The position numbers and the translations under genes were made by a program. From Octopus vulgaris (Eukaryota), in the NCBI GenBank assembly GCA_951406725.2, contig OX597827.1:82646001-82710000 (forward strand): a DNA stretch of 64,000 nt. Reading direction: 5' to 3'. Below are positions 38,613 through 53,601 of the stretch, one piece after another. The notes beneath the pieces are model-generated. The model ran no database searches. It was not told where the DNA came from and saw only the letters and a list, made by a program, of their open reading frames with translations. Position 1 is the stretch's first letter. The number at the start of each line of letters is the position of its first letter.

Positions 38613-39307
38613 TGAAAGCATGTCCTCTAATAATTAGGGACTCTGGTTCATGATCATAACGTGACAGATTTAAATCTTCCGTGAACCACATTGCAACCTT
38701 GAGCAAGTCTGTTTATCTCTCTTTCCTCAACTCTATGCGGCCTCAAACTGTCTCATTCTGGATGTCAGCAACAGAATCTGAAAGGGTGTCTTCTCACAGC
38801 CTCATCGCCCTGAAGAAAAGAACACACCCTTCACAGGAAAGACCCTCCAGGATTACAGGGTTGTATAATGCAAGAAATTTAGGGTTAGTATCACTAAAAA
38901 ACCCAGCCAGAACATTCCATACTGTTGCTGGTGTTAAGGAGGGCATCGAGTCATAGAAAGTAAGACAAAAATATAATGCAATGTTTGAGTGAGATGTGGC
39001 AGCATCCATAAGAGAATTGACTCTAAGTGACAACAATGCCAGAGACCATGTGTTGAACCATCCACTGCCCACAGCCATGCCAGCAAGCGAAAGTGGGAGC
39101 AAAATGGTAATATTGATGATATACAAGCGTGTGTGTGTGTGTGTATGCATGCATATGCATGTGTACATATATATATATACAAAATAAATATAAGAGAGTG
39201 GTCACTTGGTGTTGAATAGATATACTATTAAATTAGTATCTAATTCTCTCACCCTTATTAATTAATTATATATATATACAGATATATAAGTATATATATA
39301 TATACAG

Positions 39308-39361
<54 letters not shown>

Positions 39362-39686
39362 ATATATGTATGTATATATAAACATATGCATACAATATTA
39401 GTTATGTACATATATACACAAGGGCACTTCATGAGTACATACATCACTAAAAATAGAAGTCAAAAAAAATCCCTGATATTTTTCCTATCATGTCTGTAAT
39501 AGATTTGTGACTATTTGGTGGTACAGAAGTATTTTTGACTTCTATTTTAGAGTTGTAGGTGCTCATATAGTCCCCTTGTGTATATATGTACATATCTAAT
39601 ATTGTGTGTATATATTTTGTTAATTTGCCTGTATGGCTGATAATTCACTTACCACTTGTGATGGTATTTTAATAATACCATCCCTA

Positions 39687-39728
<42 letters not shown>

Positions 39729-40471
39729 ACTTGAGAATTTTTACCTGCCCTAGATAAATACACACACACGTGTGTGTATGTATACATATGGATCAAAACT
39801 ATTTGATTCAAATTCATTGGAACTTCAAGTTTCAAGCATGATGCTAGTCCTCAGCCATTGGAATTTGACTGATTACCAGAAAGTGAGCTGCAATTAGTCA
39901 AGAAAGGTCACATGATATCAGAGTTTGATGTTAGAGTCCAGTTGAAGAGAGTTGACTGTTATGGGAGTGTTTGTCTCTCCATTGCAAACTGTTGGTCAGG
40001 CGTTTGTGAATGGCACTCAACAGACTCTCAAGTAATTGTATGAGTGAGTGGACAAAGGAAAGAAGGTCCCAGAGCCATCTTGAGGCTGTGGTGAAATGTG
40101 TGGGAGGCTCCTTTGATTCAACCCTTTTCTCCCATCAATATAATTTATTTGATGTATTTTGATTTCTTTTAAAATACTTTCAATTCTGGATGGGACGTTG
40201 TGTTTTCTTTTCCTTTTATGCAATCTCTCAAAATTAGATATATAATATACGCATTTTGATGATAAGGGGAATGGAGAATTTGAACATTCAAATTCTATGT
40301 TTATTTCCAGTTAGCTTATTCTCGTTGTTATCAACATTGTACTTTGCACTCTGAGGAGCCAAGAAATAGACTGTGACTTTGGTTGGAAGTTAAAGGAAAT
40401 TTACCATAACAAGCACCGTCTGAAGGAAGCAGAGAAATTTGGTATCTGCCTGGATATTATATCTCTCTTCT

Positions 40472-40533
<62 letters not shown>

Positions 40534-40549
40534 ATATGTATGTATGTAA

Positions 40550-40826
40550 AAATTGAAATCAAAATCAGTCGTGGCTGATGCCAGTGTCAGTGCCATGTAA
40601 TAAGCTCCATTCAAGCGTGGGTCAATGCCAGTGCCACCTGACTGGCACCTGTGCTGGTGGCACATAAAACGCACCCACTACACTCTCAGAGTGGTTGGCA
40701 TGAGGAAGAGCATCCAGCTGTGGAAACGCTGCCAGATCAGATTGGGGCCTGGTGCAGCCAGTTCTCAGTTAAACCATCCAACCCATGCCAGCATGGAAAA
40801 CGGATGTTAAACGATGATGATGATGG
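40550..40826 (+). mobile_element. RTE 3'-UTR repeat (family C) with (GAT)n tail
   Basis: Family core and ..CAGCATGGAAAACGGATGTTAAACGATGATGAT. Confidence 0.85.
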
Positions 40827-41667
40827 TTTTTTACAACTATTGTGTGATATGAAGACAAGAAGGCACAAACATACACACACTTATATGCAAACACCTACAC
40901 ACACAGATGTATTTTATTCCAGATCTGAAATTTTCTGTGAATGAGAACATGGATAAGTTCCTGTTGGCAAATTGAAAAACACCACCCTCTCCAGATTGAG
41001 CCTCTGTACCGCAGGCTCTAGGCTTCTGTCCATTCAGCCTTATTATGACTTAAGGGTCAGAAGGGACATAATTCTAAGCACCCACCCCTCTTTTCTATTT
41101 TCATTTTCTGGTGTTTTGAACCCCTCACCTTTTGCATCTTCTGCTTTCTCACCTTTTCTCATCTTTTCTCTTATTCTAGCATCCTGTTTTATCTTGTTAT
41201 GCCACGGAGGCAGAGCCTGAGGTTTGCGTAAAAGCACCAGATATAGAGAATGCTGTCTGAGTTGTTTCCATTGCATGAAACTATTGGTAGCTCACAAACG
41301 TATATACTGTGCTTATTAAACAATATTTATCTCTCACCAGATGGAGGACTTCTTTTGTTGATCTTACCTTCACTGATCAGTATACTATATATGTATTTAT
41401 CTACATAAGTAAATATTCATAAAATAAGGATAAAAATCATGTTAATGATAATTATCAGGTAGTCAGAATGGAAAAAAGCAATTTAAAGCAATTTATAGCA
41501 ATTTATATATTAAATTCAGTAGCTTTGTAATGCTTAGTCATTAATTCAATATGGAGGAGATAAGTCTTGCTTTGACTTTCTCCCTTGAAATAATTATATA
41601 TATATATATATATAATTATTCATTTAATATTGATATATATAAACACACACATATGCATGCACTCACA

Positions 41668-41832
41668 GCTAGTTTCTTTACAGTTTCCATCACCCAGTCA
41701 ACTAAATCCACTTATATGGCTTTGATCAACTCAGGGCTATAATGGAAGACATTTGTCCAGGGTGCCATTGAAGAGGACTGAACCTAAAATTTTGTGCTTG
41801 GAAAGCAATCTTCAAAACTAAAACAGTCATGG
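41668..41832 (-). mobile_element. SINE family A, degenerate 5' part
   Basis: Similar to the head of 4155-4580. Confidence 0.6.
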
Positions 41833-41879
41833 CCGGGTATTTAATCCATACCACCTGTATAAAAACCACAGCCCACCCG

Positions 41880-42350
41880 AGTTTGTCATCTAATATCAAC
41901 CTTTGAACAATGGGCCACATGGAGGCAAAGTGGCTGGGTTCCTTCCAAGCGTTGGGTCTCACAGAGGTGAAGTGGTTGAGTTCCTTTCAAACAGGCTTCG
42001 TGGAGGCGAGGTGGCTGAGTTCCTTTTGAGCACTGGGCTTCATGGAAGCAAAGTGGCCAAGCTCTGTTCGGGTGTTAGCTCTCACGGAGGCAATGACCAA
42101 AACCATTTGGCATTATATTGTGCTTGAGAAGAAGACCCATCAAGCTGAACAAAATCACAAGCATGGCAGATACCGGTGCCACGCAAATGGCACCAGTGCC
42201 AGTGGCACGTAAATGTACCTATTACACTCTTGGAAGCAATAGAAAACCAAATCAGACTGGATCCTGGTGCAGCCTTCCAGTGTGCCAGCCCAGCCAAACC
42301 ATCCAATCCATGGACAACGGACATTCAGTGATGACAATGGTGATGATGGC
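41880..42350 (+). mobile_element. RTE-tail element preceded by ~40-bp tandem repeats
   Basis: Four to five GGAGGC(A/G)AAGTGGCTGAGTTCC-like units, then GCAATGACC..TGTGCTTGAGAAGA (end of RTE ORF2, cf. 33590-33640) and family C tail. Confidence 0.65.
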
Positions 42351-42457
42351 AGCACATGGATGTCTGTCTTTTGTTTTTATGTGGAGCTACTGTTGACCAT
42401 TTCCTTTTCTCCTTATAAAAGTAAATATAACATATATATTTGGGGGGGGGTACATAT

Positions 42458-42651
42458 ATCATCATCATCATCATCATCATCATCGTTTAACGTCCATTCT
42501 CCATGCTAGCATGGGTTGGACGGTTCGACCGGGGATCTGGGAAGCCAGGAGGCTGCACCAGGCTCCAGTCTTATCTGGCAATGTTTCTACAGCTGGATGC
42601 CCTTCCTAACGCCAACCACTCCGTGAGTGTAGTGGGTGCTTTTTACGTGCC
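42458..42651 (-). mobile_element. Family C repeat
   Basis: Near-identical to 42778-42965. Confidence 0.85.
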
Positions 42652-42695
42652 ATATATATATGTATATATATATACATATGCACACACACAAATAT

Positions 42696-42777
<82 letters not shown>

Positions 42778-42780
<3 letters not shown>

Positions 42781-43200
42781 TCATCATCATCATCATCGTT
42801 GTTTAACGTCCGTTCTCCATGCTAGCATGGGTTGGACGGTTCGACCGGGGTTCTGGGAAGCCAGAAGGCTGCACCAGGCTCCAGTCTAATCTGGCAATGT
42901 TTCTACAGCTGGATGCCCTTCCTAACGCCAACCACTCCGTGAGTGTAGTGGGTGCTTTTTACGTGCCACCTGCACAGGTGCCAGGCGGGGCTGGCAACGG
43001 CCACGGTCAGATTGGTGTATTTTATGTGCCACCGGCACGGAAGCCAGTCGAGGCGGTGCTGGCATCGGCCACGAGTCGGATAGTGCTTTTTACGTACCAC
43101 CAGACCAGGGATCCTGGCTGGTTCAATTCGATTTCGATTTCGCTTGCCCCAACATGTCTTCACAAGCAAAGGGGGTTGGCAAGGGTGCCTGTCATACGGT
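42778..43200 (-). mobile_element. Family C repeat, longer young copy
   Basis: CpG-rich, (CAT)n end, internal TTTTACGTGCCACC repeats. Confidence 0.9.
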
Positions 43201-43258
43201 CGCATTGTGTATATATATATATACACATATATACACACACACACACATATATATATAT

Positions 43259-43575
43259 GTACTGTCCACCTTCGTGTTTTTTATTTCTGTTTTTATTTCT
43301 ATTTTTCGTTTCTTGTATTTATATTCGTGTGGCATCCTGTCTTTGTTCCGTATACATTCGACCCTCTTTCCAAGAAATCCAATGCCTGTGGCTTGGATTT
43401 TCCTTGGGGCTGGCCGGATCGGAGTGATATCGAGATTAAACAGCCGAAATTACTAAGATGATCCGGTTCCCGACTGAAGATTAGAGGCTTCGAGTGACCC
43501 GTCGGTTTTTTGTGTCGTCTCCTTGTGTGTTTTTGCGTTCTTGTCCCACTTTGTAATTTATATTTTATATTAAAT
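43259..43575. mobile_element. Unclassified CpG-rich element inserted in (TA)n
   Basis: TA tracts on both sides; internal stems CCGGATC/GATCCGG and GGCTG/CAGCC followed by GAAA. Confidence 0.45.
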
Positions 43576-44027
43576 TCTATATATATATATACTGTATATA
43601 TATATATATACACACACAGTAGAATCTTGCAGTATGAGAGCCTCATTGTATGAGTAATTTGCTTTATGAGCCGAAGCTTGTGTGAATTTTTGCCTTGAGG
43701 TAAGAGTGGAAATCTGCAGTCTGCAGTCCGAGCACACAAATCATCTTTAAGCTAATTCAGTTAATAAAACCAGTTTACATATTTCTTTTGCTTTCTCATT
43801 TTTCTATAATTGTCATTTTACTTGTAACTACAACTTTTCTGTTTTAAAACCCATACAAAATTATTTTTGAGTGGTTTTTTGTGGGGGATGGAAGGGAATA
43901 ATTATATTTTAGTTAATTTCAATGGGGAAAATTGATTTGTAAAACAAGTAAATCGTAAGATGAGCTCAGTCAGGGAATGAACTAAACTCCTACTGCGAGC
44001 TATCATTGTATATATATATATATATAT

Positions 44028-44502
<475 letters not shown>

Positions 44503-45547
44503 TTGTGTGTGCATCTATGTATGTTTGTGTGTACACACTCATGTCCAAATAGACAGACAGGCAGGTAGATGGAAAGAGAGATAGCTAGATAGATAGATAG
44601 ACTTCAAGAAATCTGTGCACTTCATTTCTGTATTGAGTACATTTCTTATTGTTTGTAACTTAAATGTGTGTTTGGGTTTGTGGGTGTTGCTTATGTGTGA
44701 ATATGTGATTGTATCAGATTGTGTGTATGTCTGCACGTATGTATATATGTTTATTTGCAATCATGTGCGAGAGTGTATGCATGTGTGTATGTGTTCAAGC
44801 ATGTGTGTGCTTGTGTGTAGCATCTGTTTGTAGTTGTATGTGTATTGCATGTGTATAGGTGTATGTGTTTATGTGTACAAGTTTGTACATGTATGTGAGT
44901 ATATGTATATGTATACGTATGTATGTGTTTGTGTGTGTGTATGTATTTGCATGTAATTTTGCGCGTGTACATGTGTAGAAGTGCATATGTGTGTGTATGT
45001 CTTTGTGTATGCATGTTAATATATGTATGTTTGCGCGTGCATGTGTATATCTATGGTTATGAGTGTTTATGTGTATATGTGTTTGTGTGTGTGCATATGT
45101 ATATGTTTATGCATTTGTGTGCATATGCTTATGTATATATGTGTGTATGTATGTGTGTATGTATATGTGTGTGTCTATGTGTATATGTGTATGCATATGT
45201 GTGTGTGAGTGTATTTATGTATATGTTAGAGAGGGGGTGGGCTGGGAAGGTGGGGGGGGGGGGTATTTTCCTTCACCACAGAACACAAGAGAAGCTCCAA
45301 AAACAGTTTCCAAAGATAGAAAACAAGGAATTAAATTCTTCATTTTCTTCTCAGATCTTCTTCCTTTGTCTCTTGTTTCTTTGTTTTTCTTCCTTGTTTC
45401 TTCTCTGATCTTCCATGTTTTCTCTGTTGGCTTCCATTTCCTCCCAACACAACCAAACAGGATCAACACAACCACAGGGACATCCCCCCTCTCCTTCCCT
45501 CTCCGTTCCTTTCCATTCAGCTCTCTCTCACTCTCTCTCTCTTCCCT

Positions 45548-45586
<39 letters not shown>

Positions 45587-46016
45587 GTTTCCTACTTTTC
45601 CGCACACATCATTTATATTTGAACAATTATACAAGCAAACATCACTGAAAACAGCAACAACCGCAACAGTAAAAACAGCCATAATGACACCGGCAACAAC
45701 AACAACCATAACGAGAGTAACAACAACAACAACAACAACAACAATACAAAAACCACAGCAACAACCACAACAGCCATGACAACCACAACGACAGTAAGAA
45801 CAATAATATAGAAATGACTCGCTCATCCCCGACCCCTTGGGTGTGGGGTATGTTCAGTAGAATGCATTGTTTTGCTCAAAATTAGAGTCAGATTTGAGGA
45901 GCACTCTGCTTCCTTCCACACTTCCTGAATACCCTGAAAAGGGTCAGAATCATTGAACTTTGTCTCCTTAGAAAGATATTTAAAATGGAAGACCCAAAAC
46001 AAAAGCAGGTACTTAT

Positions 46017-46386
46017 GTGCAGGTGTGGCTGTGTGGTGGTTTGCTGCCCAACCACAGGGTTCCTGGTTCACTCCCATTGTGTGGCATCTTTGGTAAGTGT
46101 CTTTTAATATAGCCCTGGGTCAACCAAAGCCTTGTGAGCAGATTTGGTAGATGGAAGCTGCAAGATGCCTGTTGTGTGTGTGTGTGTGCCCCCGCCCATC
46201 ACCACCACCACCTGAAACCAGTGTTGGGGTGTTTTCATCTACATTACTTAGCAGTTCAGCAAAAGAGCCTGATAGAATAAGTACCAGGCTTAAAGAAAAT
46301 AATGTCCTGGGGTTGATTCATTCACTCAAAATTCTTCAAGGTGGTGCCCCAGCATGGCTACAGTCTAATGACTGAAACAAGTAAAA
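46017..46386 (+). mobile_element. SINE family A
   Basis: GCAGGTGTGGCTGTGTGG..GGTTCACTCCC..GGTGGTGCCCCAGCATGG..ATGACTGAAACAAGTAAAA. Confidence 0.85.
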
Positions 46387-46896
46387 AATGCTCTGTAGGT
46401 GAATGGTGAATCACGAGATCTCGGTTTCAATTCCACTGTTTGACATCATGGACAAGAGTTGTTTTCCATAGCTTTGGACTGAGCCATACCTTGCAGGTGA
46501 CATTGGAGAAGTGGAAAGTGTGCAGAAGCCTGTTAGATTGATTTTACCTGGAATTGAAAATGTCTAATCTTGTCACATTGTACCATACAGGGTTTATCTG
46601 AGAATTAGGTTAATGGTTAATATGTGTGGAGTACTCAGCCACTTGTATACTAATTCAATGAGCCAGGTTGGTCAAACAAGTGAACACCCAGGGTCAGAAA
46701 TACCGACAGAGATAGAGGCTGAGCCATTTTTATTTAAACAAAAACAACAAGAGTGTTCGTTGAATTTAAAAGGTGTCTGTAAGTATTGAGAATTGATAAA
46801 GGAAACTATGTGGTGTAGAGAGAGACAGGGAGGGAGGGAGGGAGGTATGTGTATATACATGCATATATGTATGTATATGTGCGAGTGTGTGTATAC

Positions 46897-46955
<59 letters not shown>

Positions 46956-46993
46956 GGAATAGATAAATGGATAGATAGATAGATAGATAGATG

Positions 46994-47032
<39 letters not shown>

Positions 47033-47959
47033 GCATATAAAAAGAGAAGTGTATATAAAGAGAGAGGAATGTTTGTGGTGAGGGAGAAAAATCTAAGTAG
47101 AGTGAGAGAGTTATTTGTGTAGTGAAGGAGGTGTGTATATCGAGGGAGAGGAGTATATGGAGGAAGAAGAGGATGTAAAAAGAGGAGTGAAGAGAGTGAG
47201 AGAGAATGAAGTGTGTGGAGAGCAAGGTGTATATAAAAAGAGGTGAGTATAGCAGAAGGTGTAGAGAGAAGGAGAGGTGTGTGTAGAGAGAAAGGTATAT
47301 ATAGGTAGAGAAAGGGAGAGAGAGAGTGAGAGAGAGTGAGTGAGAGAGAGAGTGAGAAGGAAGCAGGCAAAGCCAGCCTCCCCCTTCTCCTCCTCCATCT
47401 ACTGCTGCTGCTGCTGCTGCCCCTCCTCTATACCACATCTCTAATACATCAACACACAGTTATTGTCACACTGCTGCAGCAGATAGACTGATAACAACAG
47501 CAATACATACACACACAACACAACACAACACTAGTCAACAAGGGAGACCTCTAAGCGGGTAATCGATCAGCTAGAAATAGCAGCCAAACCTCCCTCACTT
47601 CACAAAGCACCATCCTAAGAGAAAAAGACAAAATATATAATGTGATCCCAAATACACTATAACTGAAGAAAAAGAAATCATTGTGATGATCATGGCTGGG
47701 ATGCCTTTACATCATCACATGCCCAGGCACAAATACATACACAGTCCAGGGATGCATGTCTGCCTGAGTGCAGGGTGTGAACCCCAGTTTTACTTCCCCA
47801 CTGAACTCACAGACCGGTTCTAATATGAAGGTAAGCTACCTTTTTTTGCTGTTGTTTTGGTTTAGTTTTGGTGGTGCAGCAAAGCACCGGGGGGGAGCAG
47901 CTGGGGTGGGGTGGGGTGGGGACACACACTGGCACAAAGAGGAACATGAAGGAGATAAA

Positions 47960-47991
47960 GACACACACACACACACACACATATATATACA

Positions 47992-48071
<80 letters not shown>

Positions 48072-48076
48072 AATAT

Positions 48077-48137
<61 letters not shown>

Positions 48138-48165
48138 TACATACATACATACATACATACATACA

Positions 48166-48199
<34 letters not shown>

Positions 48200-48260
48200 C
48201 ATACATACATACATACATACATACATGCATATGTATATACATATATATATATTTATTATT
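47960..48260. repeat. Compound (CA)/(TA)/(CATA)n block
   Basis: Directly visible. Confidence 0.95.
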
Positions 48261-48583
48261 GCATGTGCATGTGTATATGTGTATATATGTATGTTTATTA
48301 GGGTGTATAATTAGAGAATAACTGTGTTTATCTTCCATGCATTCTTTCACATTCTTCATCAATAATATAACATTGTTTTATGTGTGTATCAATGTGATGT
48401 GTATACATACATACATGCATACATACAGATGCATGGGTACATAAGTACATACATGCATACATTCATACACACATACATACATCATCATCATCATCATATG
48501 TACTTACATAAATACATACATACATATATATATATTTATATATAGATACTCATGTGTATGTATATATGCATGTATAATAGAGA

Positions 48584-48618
<35 letters not shown>

Positions 48619-48949
48619 AGACATGTTTTCAAAGACAGTCATGTGTGTATTAGTATGTATACATATGTGTGTGTGTGTGTATGTGTAAACATGTTTGTGC
48701 ATATACAACTATACTCCTACATGTAGCAATGTATGTTCACCTACATGGGATTGTCACATGTGCATGTATATATAGTCAACTATACACATGTGCATCAGGT
48801 TAAAAAAATGCATATTCTATTAAATTGTATACACCTGTATCTTTGATAACAAGAACATAGTTGTGGAGTGTGTGTGTGTGTGTGTGTATGTATGAATGTA
48901 TGTATGCATGTGTGTATATATGTACATGTGTATGTATGTATGTATGTAT

Positions 48950-48981
<32 letters not shown>

Positions 48982-49161
48982 CCTGTGAGTGGCTGCCTTA
49001 ATTTAACTCCACCCCTTTCACTCCACCACCCTGGTACTGTCAGTAAAGTTCATTCTATTGCAAACATTAGCAGAAGGTCACCATTCTGAGAAAATCTTCC
49101 TCACAGCTGATACAGATGCCCTGAAGGGGCCCAAGGGAATTGCGCTTTCGTTTCCAGGATA

Positions 49162-49256
<95 letters not shown>

Positions 49257-49585
49257 GTACATCTGTATTTATATACATATTATATTGGCATGCATATATA
49301 AATATATTTTCATATATATATACACACACTCACACACACACATATATATGTATGCATGTATGTATACAAATATGTATACATCACCACCACCACCACCACC
49401 ACCACCACCCTCATTATCATCACTATCATCATTGTCATTATCACCATCAGAAATGTCCACTTTTCTATGCTTGCATGGGTCAGACAGAATTTGTTGAGGC
49501 AGATTTTCTACTGCCAGCTACCCTTCCTGTATATTTATGTGTGTGTCTGTGTCAGCATACATACACACACACACATATGTGTATA

Positions 49586-49640
<55 letters not shown>

Positions 49641-49644
<4 letters not shown>

Positions 49645-49808
49645 TCATCATCATCATCGTTTAACGTCCGTTTTCCATGCTAGCATGGGTTGGACGGTTC
49701 AGCCAGGTCTGGGAAGCCAGGAGGCTGCACCAGGTTCCAGTTTGATCTGGCAGTGTTTCTACAGCTGGATGCCCTTCCTAATGCCAACCACTCCGTGAGT
49801 GTAGTGGG
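49641..49808 (-). mobile_element. Family C repeat inside (TA)n
   Basis: Family core. Confidence 0.85.
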
Positions 49809-49809
49809 T

Positions 49810-49860
<51 letters not shown>

Positions 49861-49901
49861 CATACATACATACATACATACATACGTACATACATACATA
49901 T

Positions 49902-49932
<31 letters not shown>

Positions 49933-50141
49933 CATATATACATATATACATATATATATATATACATATGTGTATATATATATATATATTTATAGAGAGA
50001 GAGATTGATATATCTGCATGTATATGTATTTATATAGAAATAAATGTATAACACATACACAGTATTGTCATCATCTGAGATATTTGTTCAGTAAAGTGAT
50101 GGCTGTTTTTTTTATGTATACATTGTTATAATATATATGTT

Positions 50142-50185
<44 letters not shown>

Positions 50186-50611
50186 CATTTGTGTCCACAC
50201 ATGTTCATCAATGTCTATCAACACATCGTTACACAGAATCTAAATTCGCAAATATCATTACAATTAAACATAATAATGTTGGCTTTTGATATTTAGATGT
50301 TGTAAATGCATTTGTAGTGTAAGAGATTGATGAGAACAAACAACCAATAAATTGATACATATGTCTGTGTGTCTTGGCCTATGTATGTAGGAATATCGTT
50401 GCAGATGTGTTTGTTATTGTTTCTCTATTGTGTGTGTGTGTTTGTGGTTATTTATGGTACATTTGGGATCAAAGTTGAGTGTTCAGCAGCAATAAAAATA
50501 TTTTCTGAAGCTACACATAGTTTCACAAGTAACACAGTTTATAACTCTATCAGTTTTTATGTGTTCTCAACTGATTTTATTAAATAAAAATGTTAGTATG
50601 ATTGTGTATGG

Positions 50612-50660
<49 letters not shown>

Positions 50661-52161
50661 GTAATAGTAGATTTCAGATCAAAGCTGTATGTGTAATAGT
50701 AATAATGGAAAATAGTTTTTTAAAGTTACACCTAGTTTAAACAAGTACTACTGTTCACAAAACTCTATCAATTTGTTGTATATAGTCTCCACTGTTAGTA
50801 TTGTTAAATAAAATATATGTTTGATTGTCTGTGTTGTTACTAATGGTGCACCTGTGATCAATGCTGAGTATTTGCTAAGAGTGAAAAAGACAATTTTTAA
50901 TGCAACACATAGCCCCACAAGTAATACCACATACACAATTTTACTTGTTCTCTACTTTTTGTTGTGTTTTTGATACATTGTAAGAAGGTCATCCATCTCT
51001 CAAGGAAATGCTGGAGTCACCATAATTGACTCTAATACTTTATTTTATCCACCCTGAATTGAAAAAGGGAATTGACTTTAACAAGATTTGGACTCAGCTC
51101 ATAATGAGTTCCACATTTCATGTTCTAACACAATTTTGTTTCATCACGTGAATCACCTGGGATGGCATTTGTGGAATGGTCGAAACCAGCATAACAGTTT
51201 GTATATGAAGAAGTTAATATTTATTTGTGTCTATGTGTGTGTGCACACATGATTGTGTGTGTGCGTGTGTGTGTGCGTGTGTCTGTGTGTGTATGTGTAC
51301 ACAAAACAAATACAATCATCTAAATACATAAATATGCACACATATATATATATACAGGCAGACAGGCAGATAGGCAAACAGGCAGACAGACAGATGGATA
51401 GACAGCCTCCATTGATCAAGTCTTGGTATCCATCTTCGCATGCATGTGTCAGCCGGGGCAAGATGGTTTTGACACAGACAATTGTCCATCCATACAAGTC
51501 TCCCCTCATCTCTGGTGTTTATGGGAATGGTCACTGAGTTGCGCCCCCACCCCCACCCCCACCGGACAGCTTGACATCAGTGTTGCCCCTCACAATACAA
51601 ACAGCAGGAACAAATAAAACATCTTACTTTAAAAGCTCTGCTAAACCTGGCTCCTTAATCGGCACATTTTTATCATCTGCCCCTAAAGGACGAAAGGCAA
51701 AATTAACCTTCACAGGATTTGAACTCAGAGCACAGAACGTCAAGACTAATGCTGCAATAACATTCAACCCAATGTTCTAGTGACTCAGCCAATTCATTGT
51801 GTATCGGGAGGAGCATGTCCCCACTGACGACTGTGGATTAAGGACCCCAAACACAACCACCCCTCCTCACCGCATATTGCAGTCTATCAGGGTCTTCCCC
51901 ACCCAGGCCTTGCTGCCGTTCATTACTCTCTCTCTATGTCTAAGTCATCTACGAACCCATTTTCCATCCACTCAGTCTCAAGGATCTGGGAACAGAGTTT
52001 CTCAGCTCTGAGAAGAGGACCAAAATATTGCTGTTTCCACCATCAAAACATCGTCTCATACTTTCATTCTGCTCCCATGTCTACAGGCCACCCAACTCCC
52101 TTGTAATAAACCAATGTGAACACCCTCAGCTAATTGGGAGTCATCCATCCTTACATACATG

Positions 52162-52211
<50 letters not shown>

Positions 52212-52269
52212 TGCGTGTATATATACAGAGAGAGCAAGATTAAGATTTAGCTTCTCCCCCATTCTGACA

Positions 52270-52640
52270 TACAAATGGCAGCAAGCTTGCTACAGTCTGG
52301 TTCATTTGTTACTGTTTTTCGTCCCTGTTCTTATCCAACTGCTTCTCACATATTTCAAATCTTCCCAGAATGCCCAGCACCAGGTGTCCTCGAGTGCTTT
52401 TCCTTCATCTGGTCTCCCTGTCGTTGCAGTCTTTATATGTCATGTGATTTTATCTCACAAATACATGTGACCTACCAGACAAAACTAATGCAGTCTCATG
52501 CTGTTTAGCATTGGTCAAGATTTGCTCTACAGAAGAATTTCATTGTCTACCAAGTGACTCTATGGATGGTTTCTAGACACTGGCCATCTTCCCTGATATT
52601 TCACTGTTATATACACAACTAGCGCACAATAGGACCAAAC
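52270..52640 (-). mobile_element. Possible old RTE-like ORF2 C-terminal remnant
   Basis: Fragmentary GH, RG-x-P, EDL and KLAAI motifs on the minus strand. Confidence 0.35.
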
Positions 52641-52977
52641 GCTTGTGTCAGATATCAGTTGTTACCCAGATCTGATCTATCCAACCCTCTCTCACCGATT
52701 CCTCTGTTTACTATTTACATTTCCATCACAGCTGACCACACTAACCACAAACTGTCCACATTTTCCACAAGCTGCTGTCAGACAGATATAAACCTGTAAT
52801 TAAGTTTAATGGTCTTCAACTAAGATTTTTCATATTTCCATGTTTAGTTTGGAATAAAATCTTAACTCCATTAACATTCCAAGACACTCACAGTCTCTTA
52901 TTCTCAATGAAATAATGGAGGTTTTCTTCAATACACATAGTTGAGAGACAAGCTGTTCCTTGTGTGTTGCCCGAACA

Positions 52978-53240
52978 TGGCTTCCGTGTCGGTGGCACGT
53001 AAAAAGCACCATCCGATCGTGGCCGTTGCCAGCCTCGTTTGGCACCTTTGCTGGTGGCATGTAAAAAGCACCCACTACACTCATGGAGTGGTTGGCATTA
53101 GGAAGGGCATCCAGCCGTAGAAACATTGCCAAATCAGACTGGACCTGGTGCAGCCTTCTGGCTTCCCAGACCCCAGTTGCACCATCCAACCCATGCCAGT
53201 ATGGAAAGCAGACATTAAACGATGATGATGATGATGATGA
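52978..53240 (+). mobile_element. Family C repeat
   Basis: Family core and (GAT)n tail. Confidence 0.85.
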
Positions 53241-53283
53241 TATAAAGATGAGCAGATTTGATAAACAAAAACTGAAAGAAGCC

Positions 53284-53540
53284 CATCATCATCATCATCA
53301 TCATCATCATCGTTTAATGTCTGCTTTCCATGCTGGCATGGGTTGGATGGTGTTGACTGAGGACTGGCAAGCCAGGAGGCTGCACAGGGCTCCAATCTGA
53401 TTTGACATTGTTTCTACAGCTTGATGACCTTCCTAACACCAACCACTCCTGAGAGTGTAGTGAGTGATTTTTATGTGCCACCAGCACAGGAGCCAGTCAG
53501 GTGGCACTGGCATCAATCACGCTCCAATGGCGCTTTTTAT
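53284..53540 (-). mobile_element. Family C repeat, tail-to-tail with the previous copy
   Basis: Family core and (CAT)n. Confidence 0.85.
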
Positions 53541-53546
53541 ATATTC

Positions 53547-53601
<55 letters not shown>

